Source: Arcobacteraceae bacterium (GTDB taxonomy: Bacteria; Campylobacterota; Campylobacteria; Campylobacterales; Arcobacteraceae). From it: 64,000 nt of DNA. Under the pieces are notes generated by a model. That model saw only the letters and a list, made by a program, of their open reading frames with translations. It ran no database searches and was not told the origin of the DNA. Below, piece after piece: positions 51,822-61,348 of the stretch. Made by a program: the position numbers and the translations under genes. The number at the start of each line of letters is the position of its first letter. Position 1 is the stretch's first letter. Location: the NCBI GenBank assembly GCA_965224485.1, contig CBDCZH010000010.1, forward strand, positions 384,001-448,000, written 5' to 3'.

Positions 51822-52598
51822 ATGAGAATAATAATTATGATAGTAACTACATTAGTTTTTTTTGTTGGATGTTCAAGTAATAATTTAGCTTTAAATAATA
51901 GCTATACTTTTAACAGAGTAATTAAATATCCAATTGTTTTAGATAAAAATTTTGAATCAATGTTTAGAACTATTAAAACAAAAGTAAGCTTTGTATTAGG
52001 CAAAGAAGAAAAAATAAATGCAAATATAATTACTAAAGTTGCAATACGTCAAATAAAAGATAAAACTAAAGTAATAGGTGAATTTAAAATAAATTCAAAG
52101 AGTGTTAATGACTCAATAAACTTTGATTATTCTCACAAATGTAAAAATGGAAAAATTGTTAATTTAGATTTTGATGTTAATATGGAAAGTAATGAATTAA
52201 AAACTGAAATACTTGAGAAAATGAAAACTTCTTCATATTCTTGTATTATGAATAAAAGTGTGAAAACTGGTGATATTATTCTTAGTTTAACAGAAGCCTT
52301 TAATAATAAAGATATTAAAGAAGTTCTTGGAAATAAGTCAGTAGATTTAGACTTTATTGTAAAAGGATTAGGTACATATAAAAATAAGGATGTAATAATT
52401 TCTGAACTAAACGTAAATAAGGTGTTTAATACAGATGATAAAAGATTGAAGCTTAACTTTATTGCAAATGGTGTACTTTTATTTACTCCTCCATTTAAAA
52501 CAAATATGTTATTCGAAACAAGTTTCAAAATTAATATTTTATATGATAATAGAATAGTTGGAGTATTTAAAACAGATACACATGAGTTTAACAAATAA
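51822..52598 (+). CDS. Hypothetical lipoprotein
   Basis: FVGC lipobox; AAGGA RBS. Confidence 0.75.
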   Translation: MRIIIMIVTTLVFFVGCSSNNLALNNSYTFNRVIKYPIVLDKNFESMFRTIKTKVSFVLGKEEKINANIITKVAIRQIKDKTKVIGEFKINSKSVNDSINFDYSHKCKNGKIVNLDFDVNMESNELKTEILEKMKTSSYSCIMNKSVKTGDIILSLTEAFNNKDIKEVLGNKSVDLDFIVKGLGTYKNKDVIISELNVNKVFNTDDKRLKLNFIANGVLLFTPPFKTNMLFETSFKINILYDNRIVGVFKTDTHEFNK

Positions 52599-52663
52599 TT
52601 ATAATAGAATACTACTATTTAAAATAGTTAAATGACTTAATTATTATTAAGTAGAAAATTCTA

Positions 52664-52687
52664 TTTGGGGGTGTATTTGGGGGTGTT
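52664..52687. promoter_or_regulatory. Putative integrase arm-type sites, right end
   Basis: TTTGGGGGTGT repeated directly with a 12-bp period. Confidence 0.65.
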
Positions 52688-52787
52688 TATAGAATACATT
52701 CTAAATATACCTTTAATATAAGCTATTGAAGGTGTAACTTAGGGGGATACACCTTCGCCAACTTTTAGGTCTTATTTATTTGTTAAT

Positions 52788-55391
52788 TTATTTTAATTTT
52801 GGAATGGTAATAATAAATAAAGCACCTTTGTACTCTTTGTCTAAGTGAGTATAAGTTGTATTTAAAGCTTCAATACTTCCTTTCATTCCTTCATTTATTA
52901 TTTTATAAACCATATTAAGTCCAAGTCCTGTACCTCTAGTTTTACCTTTTGTAGTGAAATAAGGCTCATATATTTTATCAATATACTTTTCATCTATTCC
53001 CCCACCATTATCTTTAATTTTTATAACAATGTTATTTTTATTTTCATAGGCTTCTATAAATACAAATCTTTCTTCACTTTGATTATTTTTAACAACATCT
53101 TTTGCATTATTAAAAATATTTATTAAACACTGTAATAATTCATTTGGATAACCATTTATTATAATATCTGAAGAAATATTTAGATCAATTGTAATTTGAT
53201 ACTCTTTTATTGAGGTTTGAACAAGGTGTAAAAAAGAGTTTATTTTATCTTTTAAATTAAAAGAGACTTGCTGTCTTTCATCTTTTATGAAATTTCTAAA
53301 ATCATCTATTGTTTTTGATAAATACTGGGCATTTTCATTAATTAAGTCCATATTGTCTAAAAATGTTTCATCTTCTAGTACTCCTAGCTCTTTTTGTAAT
53401 TTAAGACCCGTTGAAAGTGTAGTTATAGCAGAGAGTGGTTGTCTCCATTGATGAGCAATATTTCCAATCATTTCCCCCATAGAAGCCATTTTCTCTGATT
53501 TGAAAAGTTGGTTTTGCATTTTTTTACTTCTCTCGACTTCTTTTAAAATTTTTATTTCAAGATTATTATTTAATTCTTTTAATTCTTTTGTTTTTTCTTC
53601 TATATTTTTTTTCAAGTTTGAGTTAACTTTTTTTAATAAAAAGTGTCTATATAAAATAGCTAAAATAATCATAGAAGCTAGGGCAAAAGCTTTTAAAATC
53701 AACTCAGTATTAAATTGTTGTTCATAATTAATATTTACATATTTATTTAAAATATCTTTTTTTTCTTTTTCTTTTAAATTGTAAATTAGTTTATTGAAAA
53801 TATTTAATAATATTGGTTCATCTTTTCTAACTCCAATGCTTAAATTTAAATTATTATCAAATTTACCAGAAATTTTAAGATCAGGAAAAGATTTATTTTG
53901 AAATAAATAAGCTATGCTTGCGGCATTTTCAATTAAACCAAAAACTTCCCCTCTTGTTATTTTATTTAATCCTTCTTCTATTGTAGAAACTTCTACAATA
54001 TTAAAGTAGGGATAGTGTTTTTTTATAATTTCTTTGCTTCCATAACTTTTAACCAGTGCAATTTTTCTACCTTTTATTTGTTCAAAATCATCAATAAAAG
54101 GTACATTAATGCTAGTTGCTAATACTAATGATACTTTTAAATAAGGGTTTGAGAAACTTAAATAAGAACTTTTTCTTGGTATAGTAAGTGATAAAATATC
54201 ACATTTTTTATTTTGACTATTAAGTAAAGAATCTTCCCACGATGTTGTTTTAATCAATTTTATTGGAACGCTTAAATAACTTTGAAAGATTTTAAATATT
54301 TCAGAACTAATTCCTTTATGCAATCCGTATTGATTTATTTTCTCATATGGCATAAAATCAGGATCAATACACATTGTTATTTTTCTTTTTCTTTTTAAAA
54401 AGTTTTGCTCCACCGTTGATAAACTCATAGTTGAGGATTCTTTTTTATAAATAAATTTATTTATATCTATGTCTTGTTTAACTAAACCCATAACTTTATA
54501 AATATCATAAATACTTTTTAGCTTAGTTTTTGTAAATTTACCAAGTTCATCTGTTTTATAATAAGAGAGTTTTTTTAACTCTTTTGCTTCAAATATCAAC
54601 TCTTCTTTTGATAGATTTTGTTCATTATAGTTATTTAAAATAAGATTTGTAGCTTCTTCAATATGTTTATAAGCATATTTCCAGCCTTTTAATGAAGCTT
54701 TTATAAAACTATCAACTATTTCTTGATTATTTGTAAGTAAGTATTTATTTGTATATAAAATATCACTATACATATCAAAACCATAATTCTTAGGTTCAAA
54801 AATATTATAAGCTATATTTTGCTCTTTTAGATAAAAAGGCTCTTTTGAGACATAAGCAGAAATAATGTCTGTTTTCTTATTTATTAGGTCTTCTATATTA
54901 TGAGTATGTTGTAAAAAAATTAAATCTTTTTCTTGGATGTTTTGAGAACTTATCATTGCTTTTATTGATACTTCACTAGCATCATCTTTTGTAGTCATAA
55001 TAGTTTTATTTTCAAAATCAGAAATATTTTTAATGTTTGATTCTTTAGTAGTTAATAAAACTAAAGGTGTAGCTTGAAAAAGAGCATATAAAGAAACTAT
55101 ATTTTTATAAGACTCTTTTTGTAAGATTAAGGTTTCTCTTCCAATAGAAAAGTTTATTTTATTTTCATTAACTTCTTTTGGAATATTTAATCCAAACTTA
55201 AAAGGAATAATTGTTACATTTAAACCTAAGTCTTCATAGTACCCTAACTCTTTTGCCATATAATAACCAGCAAACTGAAATTGGTTAAACCAAGATAACT
55301 GAATACTTACATTTTTAAGAGTAAGAGGATGTTGTGCATTTAAGCTTGTGATAAATAAAGTAAAATATATTATTTTTGAAAAAAAATTCAA
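52788..55391 (-). CDS. Sensor histidine kinase with NMT1/THI5-like and SBP_bac_3 periplasmic domains
   Basis: QLSW..QFQFAGYYMA, ASLKGWKYA, DPDFMPYE, IAHQWRQPL, GTGLGL. Confidence 0.9.
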   Translation of the reverse strand: MNFFSKIIYFTLFITSLNAQHPLTLKNVSIQLSWFNQFQFAGYYMAKELGYYEDLGLNVTIIPFKFGLNIPKEVNENKINFSIGRETLILQKESYKNIVSLYALFQATPLVLLTTKESNIKNISDFENKTIMTTKDDASEVSIKAMISSQNIQEKDLIFLQHTHNIEDLINKKTDIISAYVSKEPFYLKEQNIAYNIFEPKNYGFDMYSDILYTNKYLLTNNQEIVDSFIKASLKGWKYAYKHIEEATNLILNNYNEQNLSKEELIFEAKELKKLSYYKTDELGKFTKTKLKSIYDIYKVMGLVKQDIDINKFIYKKESSTMSLSTVEQNFLKRKRKITMCIDPDFMPYEKINQYGLHKGISSEIFKIFQSYLSVPIKLIKTTSWEDSLLNSQNKKCDILSLTIPRKSSYLSFSNPYLKVSLVLATSINVPFIDDFEQIKGRKIALVKSYGSKEIIKKHYPYFNIVEVSTIEEGLNKITRGEVFGLIENAASIAYLFQNKSFPDLKISGKFDNNLNLSIGVRKDEPILLNIFNKLIYNLKEKEKKDILNKYVNINYEQQFNTELILKAFALASMIILAILYRHFLLKKVNSNLKKNIEEKTKELKELNNNLEIKILKEVERSKKMQNQLFKSEKMASMGEMIGNIAHQWRQPLSAITTLSTGLKLQKELGVLEDETFLDNMDLINENAQYLSKTIDDFRNFIKDERQQVSFNLKDKINSFLHLVQTSIKEYQITIDLNISSDIIINGYPNELLQCLINIFNNAKDVVKNNQSEERFVFIEAYENKNNIVIKIKDNGGGIDEKYIDKIYEPYFTTKGKTRGTGLGLNMVYKIINEGMKGSIEALNTTYTHLDKEYKGALFIITIPKLK

Positions 55392-55458
55392 TGTAAAATC
55401 CTAGTAAAAGCTATTTTACGCATTATAGCAAGTTATTTGTTATATGATAATATTATTA

Positions 55459-56328
55459 TTAATTAAGATAAATATCTACTTCTTCTTTAGTTTGAATAAT
55501 AAAACATGAGGTATTTATATCAGTTTTAGCAGCTGCTTGTATTGCAATAATTAATCCTCTTTCATCTTCTCTTTGAACTCTATCATAAATTCTACAATTA
55601 TATAAATCTCCATCTATAATTTTGTAATCATTATACTTTCTATTTTCTAAAATATAATCTTTTATCTCTTTTGTGAAGATAATAGCAACATCTATTTTAT
55701 TATTTAAAATATTTTTAAGATCTTCCCAAGGATCTACTAAAACTCCTTTATGTTTACCAGCACGAGAATAGGTTAAAAAATAGTTTTTAGGAAGTTTTTT
55801 TCTACTTTTTAAAATATCATATTTTGTATAGTCAAAAAAAGACAAAGTTGGAAATAATTCCATTATATTTTTATACTCAATATCTTCATAAATAAACTTC
55901 TCTTTCTCCCATAAAATATCAGAAGTCCCATTTAGCTGAATACAAGGAATCAAATCTTTTCTTTTTGCTTTTCTAACTAAAGCTTTTATCTCTTTTATTA
56001 ATTGATTAAAAAAATCTTCTCTTTGTATTAAAAACCTAAGTGTTCTTTTTATTCTTGCTTGTTTCATTTTATGTTTTGAAAAATCAGAATTTTTTAGAAT
56101 TCCTTGATGATATATACATGAAATGGCGCATCCATTTGTTGCTTTTTTGCATAAATTAACTTTTTGTAAGTTAACTGCTTTTTCGTCATAGTTTATTCCA
56201 TAATAAGGTGCATTCATAATATTTTTTTGTGCAGAAAGAAAGAGTGTTCCTACAAGATAAGCTGTTTCTTGTGATATTAGGTTTTCTTTAACACTTAAAA
56301 GTGAAGTGGTAGTATAATCATATTCCAA
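55459..56328 (-). CDS. GP88-family (phage gene product 88-like) Cys-motif protein
   Basis: NLC-x6-C-x3-C, QLNGTSDILWE, FFDYTK, YFLTYSR, IDGD. Confidence 0.72.
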   Translation of the reverse strand: MEYDYTTTSLLSVKENLISQETAYLVGTLFLSAQKNIMNAPYYGINYDEKAVNLQKVNLCKKATNGCAISCIYHQGILKNSDFSKHKMKQARIKRTLRFLIQREDFFNQLIKEIKALVRKAKRKDLIPCIQLNGTSDILWEKEKFIYEDIEYKNIMELFPTLSFFDYTKYDILKSRKKLPKNYFLTYSRAGKHKGVLVDPWEDLKNILNNKIDVAIIFTKEIKDYILENRKYNDYKIIDGDLYNCRIYDRVQREDERGLIIAIQAAAKTDINTSCFIIQTKEEVDIYLN

Positions 56329-56424
56329 ATAAATCCTTAGTTTTGATAAGGCGCGTATTTTAGCAGATATTTTTTAAAAAGAATTTAAAAATAATAATAA
56401 ACATATCATTTCTTTTATTATTTT

Positions 56425-56449
56425 AAAAAAGAAGCTTAGCTTCTTTTTT
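56425..56449 (-). terminator. Intrinsic terminator after selD
   Basis: AAAAAAGAAGC-TTA-GCTTCTTTTTT. Confidence 0.65.
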
Positions 56450-57485
56450 AATGTACTATAATAGCAGTAGCAGATCTTGGTATAATTTCACCAATAATAC
56501 TTGCATAACCAAAAGTTAATTCTTCTATTTTTTTTATATATTCTTGTGCATCTTCTTTTTTTATAGAAACTAAAAGACCACCTGATGTTTGCGCATCACA
56601 AAGTAAAAGTTTGCAATGAGAAGAAATAGTACTCATATAAGTAACGTGTTTTTCTAAATATTCCATATTTCTTATACTTCCACCTGGAACTACTTTTTCA
56701 TTTCCAAATTTTACAGCTCCTTGCAAAATAGGAATACTACTGCAATTTATACTTAAAGTTGTATTTTCATTGCATGTTTCTAAAGCATGTCCTAAAAGAC
56801 CGAACCCTGTAATATCAGTACAAGCACTAACTTCATATTTTTTTAAAAGCTTAGAAGGTAAATAATTTAAAGTTTCCATTATTTTAACTACTTCTTTACT
56901 TGAACTATCATCTAATAAGTCTCTTTTAATAGCAGTTGTTAAAATCCCAATTCCTAATGGTTTTGTTAAAACTAAAACATGACCTATTTTTGCAGTATTG
57001 TTTCGTAAAATATCTTTAGGATGAATCATTCCAGTAACAGAAAGTCCATAATACATCTCAGGACTTTCAATAGTATGACCACCCATTAAAACACCGCCAC
57101 ACTCTTTTATTTTTTCATTTCCGCCTTTTAGAATTTCACCTAAAACTTCTCTTTTTTGATTTGTGGCATCAAAACCAACAATATTTAAAGCTGTTTTTAC
57201 TTCTGCACCCATGGCAAAAATATCTGATAAAGAATTAGCAGCTGCAATTTTTCCATAAACATATGGATCATCAACAACTGGTGTTATAAAATCTAAAGTT
57301 TGTACTAAAGCTTCATTTTCATTTATTTTAAAAACTGTCGCATCTTCGCTATTCTCAAAGCTAACAAGAACATTCTTATCTTGTGGAACAAGTGAGCAAA
57401 TTGTTTGTTGCAGATCCGCCGGACCCATCTTTGCTGCTCATCCAGCTGCTTTTACGAATTTTGTTAATTTGTATTTATTATTCAT
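56448..57485 (-). CDS. selD: Selenide, water dikinase; selenoprotein with Sec16
   Basis: ATG 57485 (AGAGGA RBS) reads MNNKYKLTKFVKAAG-TGA-AAKMGP; LDFITPVVDDP, NSLSDIFAMG, TDITGFGLLGH, DAQTSGGLL. Confidence 0.95.
57396..57437 (-). promoter_or_regulatory. Candidate bacterial SECIS of selD
   Basis: GC-rich hairpin GGGTCC-GGC-GGATCT about 11 nt 3' of the UGA, with possible lower stem GCAAA/TTTGC. Confidence 0.6.
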
Positions 57486-57708
57486 ATATCCTCTTTAATA
57501 AATTTTGTAAATTTTTTAATGTTTTTGTGAGTATAATATATTTATAATTAAACTATATAAAATAAAGTAAAATAACTTTTACTTTTTAAGTAAAGATTTA
57601 TATTTTCTTTATTATAGTTACGATATAAGAGCACAAGCTAAGGATTAGCTTAGACATAATGGACTTTTTCCTCTATGACTGCAAGCTTCAAAAAAATTTG
57701 AGGTATTT

Positions 57709-58554
57709 ATGAAAAAAATTATTTTAACACTTCTATGTGTAAGTTCTATAATGTTTGCAAAAACATTTTATTTTACAGCAATTCCAGATCAAGATGAAAC
57801 AAATTTAGAAAAAAGATTTTCTAAGTTAGCAGTTTATTTAAGCAGTAAACTAGATACGAAGGTTAAGTTTTTACCAGTTAAATCTTATAGTGCATCAATT
57901 GCAGCTTTTAGAAACAATCAAGTTCAGCTAGCTTGGTTTGGTGGATTATCAGGTGTTCGTGCAAGACTTATTGTTCCTAACTCACTTGCAATTGCTCAGG
58001 GTTTTGAAGATCCAAAATTCCAATCATATTTTATAGCAAATAAAAGTTTAGCCTTAAAGAAATCACTAAGTTTAAGTGATAATATTAAGAATAAAACATT
58101 TACTTTTGGTTCAAAAGGTTCAACATCAGGAAGATTAATGCCTGAATATTATTTAAGAAAAAACTTTAAAACTTCACCAAAAGAGTTTTTCAAAAAAGTT
58201 GGTTTCTCTGGAAATCATACAAAAACAATTGCTTTAGTACAAAGTGGAGCATATCAAGTTGGAGCTGTTAACTTTAAAGTATGGCAAAGAGAGTTAAAAG
58301 CTGGAAATATTGATTTATCAAAAGTTGATGTTATTTGGGAAACACCTACATACCCAGATTATCAATTTACTGCTCGTGGAGATATTGATAAAAATTATGG
58401 AAAAGGTTTTACAGCTAAACTTACTCAAGCTTTACTTGATTTAAAAGATAAAAGTATTTTAGATGCTTTTCCTAGAAAATCTTTTATTAAAGCAAAAAAC
58501 TCTGATTTTGACCCAATTTTAAGCGTTGGTAAAGAAATAGGATTAATTGATTAA
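57709..58554 (+). CDS. PhnD-like putative selenate ABC transporter substrate-binding protein
   Basis: FTAIPDQD, QLAWFGGLSGV.AR, TFGS..STSGRLMP, GFSG.H, TP.YPDY; adjacent to selD. Confidence 0.85.
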   Translation: MKKIILTLLCVSSIMFAKTFYFTAIPDQDETNLEKRFSKLAVYLSSKLDTKVKFLPVKSYSASIAAFRNNQVQLAWFGGLSGVRARLIVPNSLAIAQGFEDPKFQSYFIANKSLALKKSLSLSDNIKNKTFTFGSKGSTSGRLMPEYYLRKNFKTSPKEFFKKVGFSGNHTKTIALVQSGAYQVGAVNFKVWQRELKAGNIDLSKVDVIWETPTYPDYQFTARGDIDKNYGKGFTAKLTQALLDLKDKSILDAFPRKSFIKAKNSDFDPILSVGKEIGLID

Positions 58555-59213
58555 TGGTTTTTAACTTAGAACATGAAACTATCTCATATTCTAATACTAA
58601 AGTTCTTTCTTCTTTATCTTTAACTATTAAAGATGGGGAGAAAGTGGCTTTATTAGGAAAGAGTGGTTCTGGTAAATCTACACTTTTAAAACATTTATAT
58701 GAGTTACAAAAGAAAAATGTTTCTTATATCCCTCAAGATTTATCTTTAGTATCTTCATTAAGTGTATATCATAATGTTTTTATTGCAAAACTAGATTTAT
58801 ATTCTTCTTTTTATAATATTATTAATCTATTTTTTCCTTTTAAAAAAGATTTAGATGAAGTTAAACTTTTATTAAAGGATTTATCAATGAGTGATAAACT
58901 TTTTATAAAAATTTCGCAACTCTCAGGTGGACAAAAACAAAGAGTTGCAATTGCAAGAGCTTTGTTTAATAAAAAAAGTATTTTATTAGCAGATGAACCT
59001 ATCTCAGCTTTAGATGAGTACTTGGCACAAAAAGTATTAAAAGATTTTGTTGTTAAGTTTAATACAGTTATTTGTACCTTACATAATGTGCAGTATGCAA
59101 TAAATAACTTTGATAGGGTAATTGGTTTGAAAAATGGACAAATTATACTTGATAAAGAGTGTAAATATTTAACTAATGAAGATAGAAAGATTTTATATTA
59201 TGGTCTTGAGTAA
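58554..59213 (+). CDS. ABC transporter ATPase (PhnC-like)
   Basis: GKSGSGKST, LSGGQKQR, LADEP. Confidence 0.92.
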   Translation: MVFNLEHETISYSNTKVLSSLSLTIKDGEKVALLGKSGSGKSTLLKHLYELQKKNVSYIPQDLSLVSSLSVYHNVFIAKLDLYSSFYNIINLFFPFKKDLDEVKLLLKDLSMSDKLFIKISQLSGGQKQRVAIARALFNKKSILLADEPISALDEYLAQKVLKDFVVKFNTVICTLHNVQYAINNFDRVIGLKNGQIILDKECKYLTNEDRKILYYGLE

Positions 59214-60666
59214 GAATTTAAAACTAAGTTTTCTTTTTCTATTTCTAGCTATATTTTCTTCTTTTTTTGCTGATTTTACTATCTCTTCTTTAGAACCATT
59301 ATTAGAAATAAAAAAGTTTACATTCGCTCTTAGTAAAATAAACTTTGAAAATATTCCTACCTTATTTGATGCACTATTGAGAACAGTATTTATTGCAGTT
59401 TTGGCTATATTTTTCTCATGTATCATAGGATTTGTTTTAGCATTATTTTATAAAAGTGTAATACTAAGAACTTTTTTAGCTTTTATAAGAGCAATTCATG
59501 AAATATTTTGGGCTTTGATTTTCTTACAAATTTTTGGTTTAAGTATTTTAACGGCACTTTTAGCTTTAGTTCTTCCTTTTAGCTCTATTCTAGCAAAAGT
59601 TTATGCTGAAATATTAGAAGAACATGATGTCTTTGATGCAAGTTTAAGAGGTGAAAACTCTATTTCTTATTATTTTTATACGAAAATACCTGATGCTTTT
59701 GCTCATTTATTATCTTATACCTTATATAGATTTGAGTGTGCTTTGCGTTCATCTGCTATTTTAGGTTTTGTAGGAATTACAACTTTGGGTTATTATCTTT
59801 CTTCATCTTTTAATCAAGGGATTTATGAAGATGTTTGGCTTTTACTTATTATGTTTTATATTTTAATAGCTAGTATTAAACTTTGGTTTAATAAATATAC
59901 CTTCGTTTTATTAATAATAACAGCTTTTATATATTTAGAAGATTTTGGCACTCTTAATTTTGAGAATCTTGTTCGGTTTTTTACCCAAGATATTATTCCT
60001 CATCCTATAAAAAACAATTTAAGTTCAGCTGATAGTTATCTTTGGTTTTATAATCTTTTTGTAAATGAAATTGTTCCTGGTGTTTTTAATACAATTTTAC
60101 TAACACAAATTTCTTTAGTCCTAACAGCGCTTTTAGCACTTTTGGCTTTTCCTTTTATTTCTTTTAAATTTTCAAATAAATACATTAGATTTATTTCTCA
60201 TATTGTTTTAGTAATTTTAAGATCTTCGCCTGAATATGTACTTGCTTATTTGTTCTTACAAATTTTCGGACCATCTTTCCTGCCAGCTGCTTTAGCTTTA
60301 ATGCTACACAATGGAGCTATTATTGCTTTTTTAATGGGAAAACAAAGTAATGAATTAGTTTATAGCTTAGATTCTACTAATAAAAAAATATCTTTATATG
60401 CTTATGAAACTCTACCTAGGATTTATTCTTCTTTATTAACTTTTTTATTTTATAGATGGGAAATTATTATGAGAGAGAGTGCTATTTTAGGAATATTAGG
60501 TTTATCAACTTTGGGATTTTATATTGACTCAGCAATTGCAGATTTTAGACTTGATAAGATGATGATACTCTTAGTAATAACGGCTTTATTAAATATCAGT
60601 ATTGATATAATCTCAAGAAAAGCAAGGGCTTATTTAAAAGATAATAAAACTCTTACTTCTTCTTAA
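59200..60666 (+). CDS. ABC transporter permease, duplicated PhnE-like domains
   Basis: YRFECALRSSAILG and YRWEIIMRESAILG. Confidence 0.88.
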   Translation: MVLSKNLKLSFLFLFLAIFSSFFADFTISSLEPLLEIKKFTFALSKINFENIPTLFDALLRTVFIAVLAIFFSCIIGFVLALFYKSVILRTFLAFIRAIHEIFWALIFLQIFGLSILTALLALVLPFSSILAKVYAEILEEHDVFDASLRGENSISYYFYTKIPDAFAHLLSYTLYRFECALRSSAILGFVGITTLGYYLSSSFNQGIYEDVWLLLIMFYILIASIKLWFNKYTFVLLIITAFIYLEDFGTLNFENLVRFFTQDIIPHPIKNNLSSADSYLWFYNLFVNEIVPGVFNTILLTQISLVLTALLALLAFPFISFKFSNKYIRFISHIVLVILRSSPEYVLAYLFLQIFGPSFLPAALALMLHNGAIIAFLMGKQSNELVYSLDSTNKKISLYAYETLPRIYSSLLTFLFYRWEIIMRESAILGILGLSTLGFYIDSAIADFRLDKMMILLVITALLNISIDIISRKARAYLKDNKTLTSS

Positions 60667-60676
60667 GTACACTTTT

Positions 60677-61348
60677 TTAAATATTATCTAAAGAACTTGT
60701 ATTAAAACTATATGTTTTGTGAGCTATTTTAGTTAAAATTCTTTTTTCTGTTAGTTCTTTAAATAGTTTTATCAAGGTTGGTTTAGAAATAGAAATTTTT
60801 TCCATAATATCACTATATGAAGCTAATAAATGATTGTTTTTATCTAAATTACTAATAATATATTTTACAACTTCTACTTGTTTACTATCAGTTATTGCAG
60901 ATATAGTTTTAATTATATTTGAGTTTTTTTGAAGTTCTTTTTCTTGAATAATTGGTAAAACAATATCATGAATAGTATTTAAAAGTTCTTTTACATTTAT
61001 AGGTTTAACTATATAGTTTTCAACTTTTAATTTTATAGCATCAAGTAAATATTTTGTATCTGTGTGAGCTGTTGTTAAAATCATAGGAATATTTAGCATT
61101 TTCACTTCTTTTACTTCTCTTAAAAAATCAATTCCATTTTCATTTTCTAATAAAATATCAGAAATAATAATATCTATACTTATATCATCGTTTTCTAAAA
61201 TTTCTAAGGCTTGTAGTGAGGTATTTACACCATATACTTTTTTAACAAAATCATCTAAAATATCTTTAGTATGTAATAAAAGAGATTTATCATCTTCTAA
61301 ATATAAAATATTAAAATCATTTAATATATTCAAATCTTTATTTTTCAT
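60677..61348 (-). CDS. Response regulator with C-terminal HTH
   Basis: LYLEDD, ISDILL, VKP; ISKPTLIKLFKEL. Confidence 0.88.
   Translation of the reverse strand: MKNKDLNILNDFNILYLEDDKSLLLHTKDILDDFVKKVYGVNTSLQALEILENDDISIDIIISDILLENENGIDFLREVKEVKMLNIPMILTTAHTDTKYLLDAIKLKVENYIVKPINVKELLNTIHDIVLPIIQEKELQKNSNIIKTISAITDSKQVEVVKYIISNLDKNNHLLASYSDIMEKISISKPTLIKLFKELTEKRILTKIAHKTYSFNTSSLDNI

Larger units (their letters stand above)
45436..52765 (+). mobile_element. ~7.3-kb integrative island at the 3' end of selC
   Basis: attL TACACCTTCTCGCCAACTTT (45436-45455) and attR TACACCTTCGCCAACTTT (52748-52765); integrase next to attL. Confidence 0.92.

Noticed and set aside
45642..52598. Complete prophage or ICE
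   Set aside because: No recognisable capsid, large terminase, tail, lysis, Zot-like or T4SS genes in 7.3 kb
57652..57711. Selenocysteine-containing N-terminal extension of the SBP (in-frame TGA at 57676-57678)
   Set aside because: An in-frame TAG lies just upstream with no start codon between, and the SBP has its own RBS and signal peptide
57709..60666. Phosphonate utilisation (phn) operon
   Set aside because: No C-P lyase or phosphonatase genes nearby; selD adjacency favours the putative selenate clade
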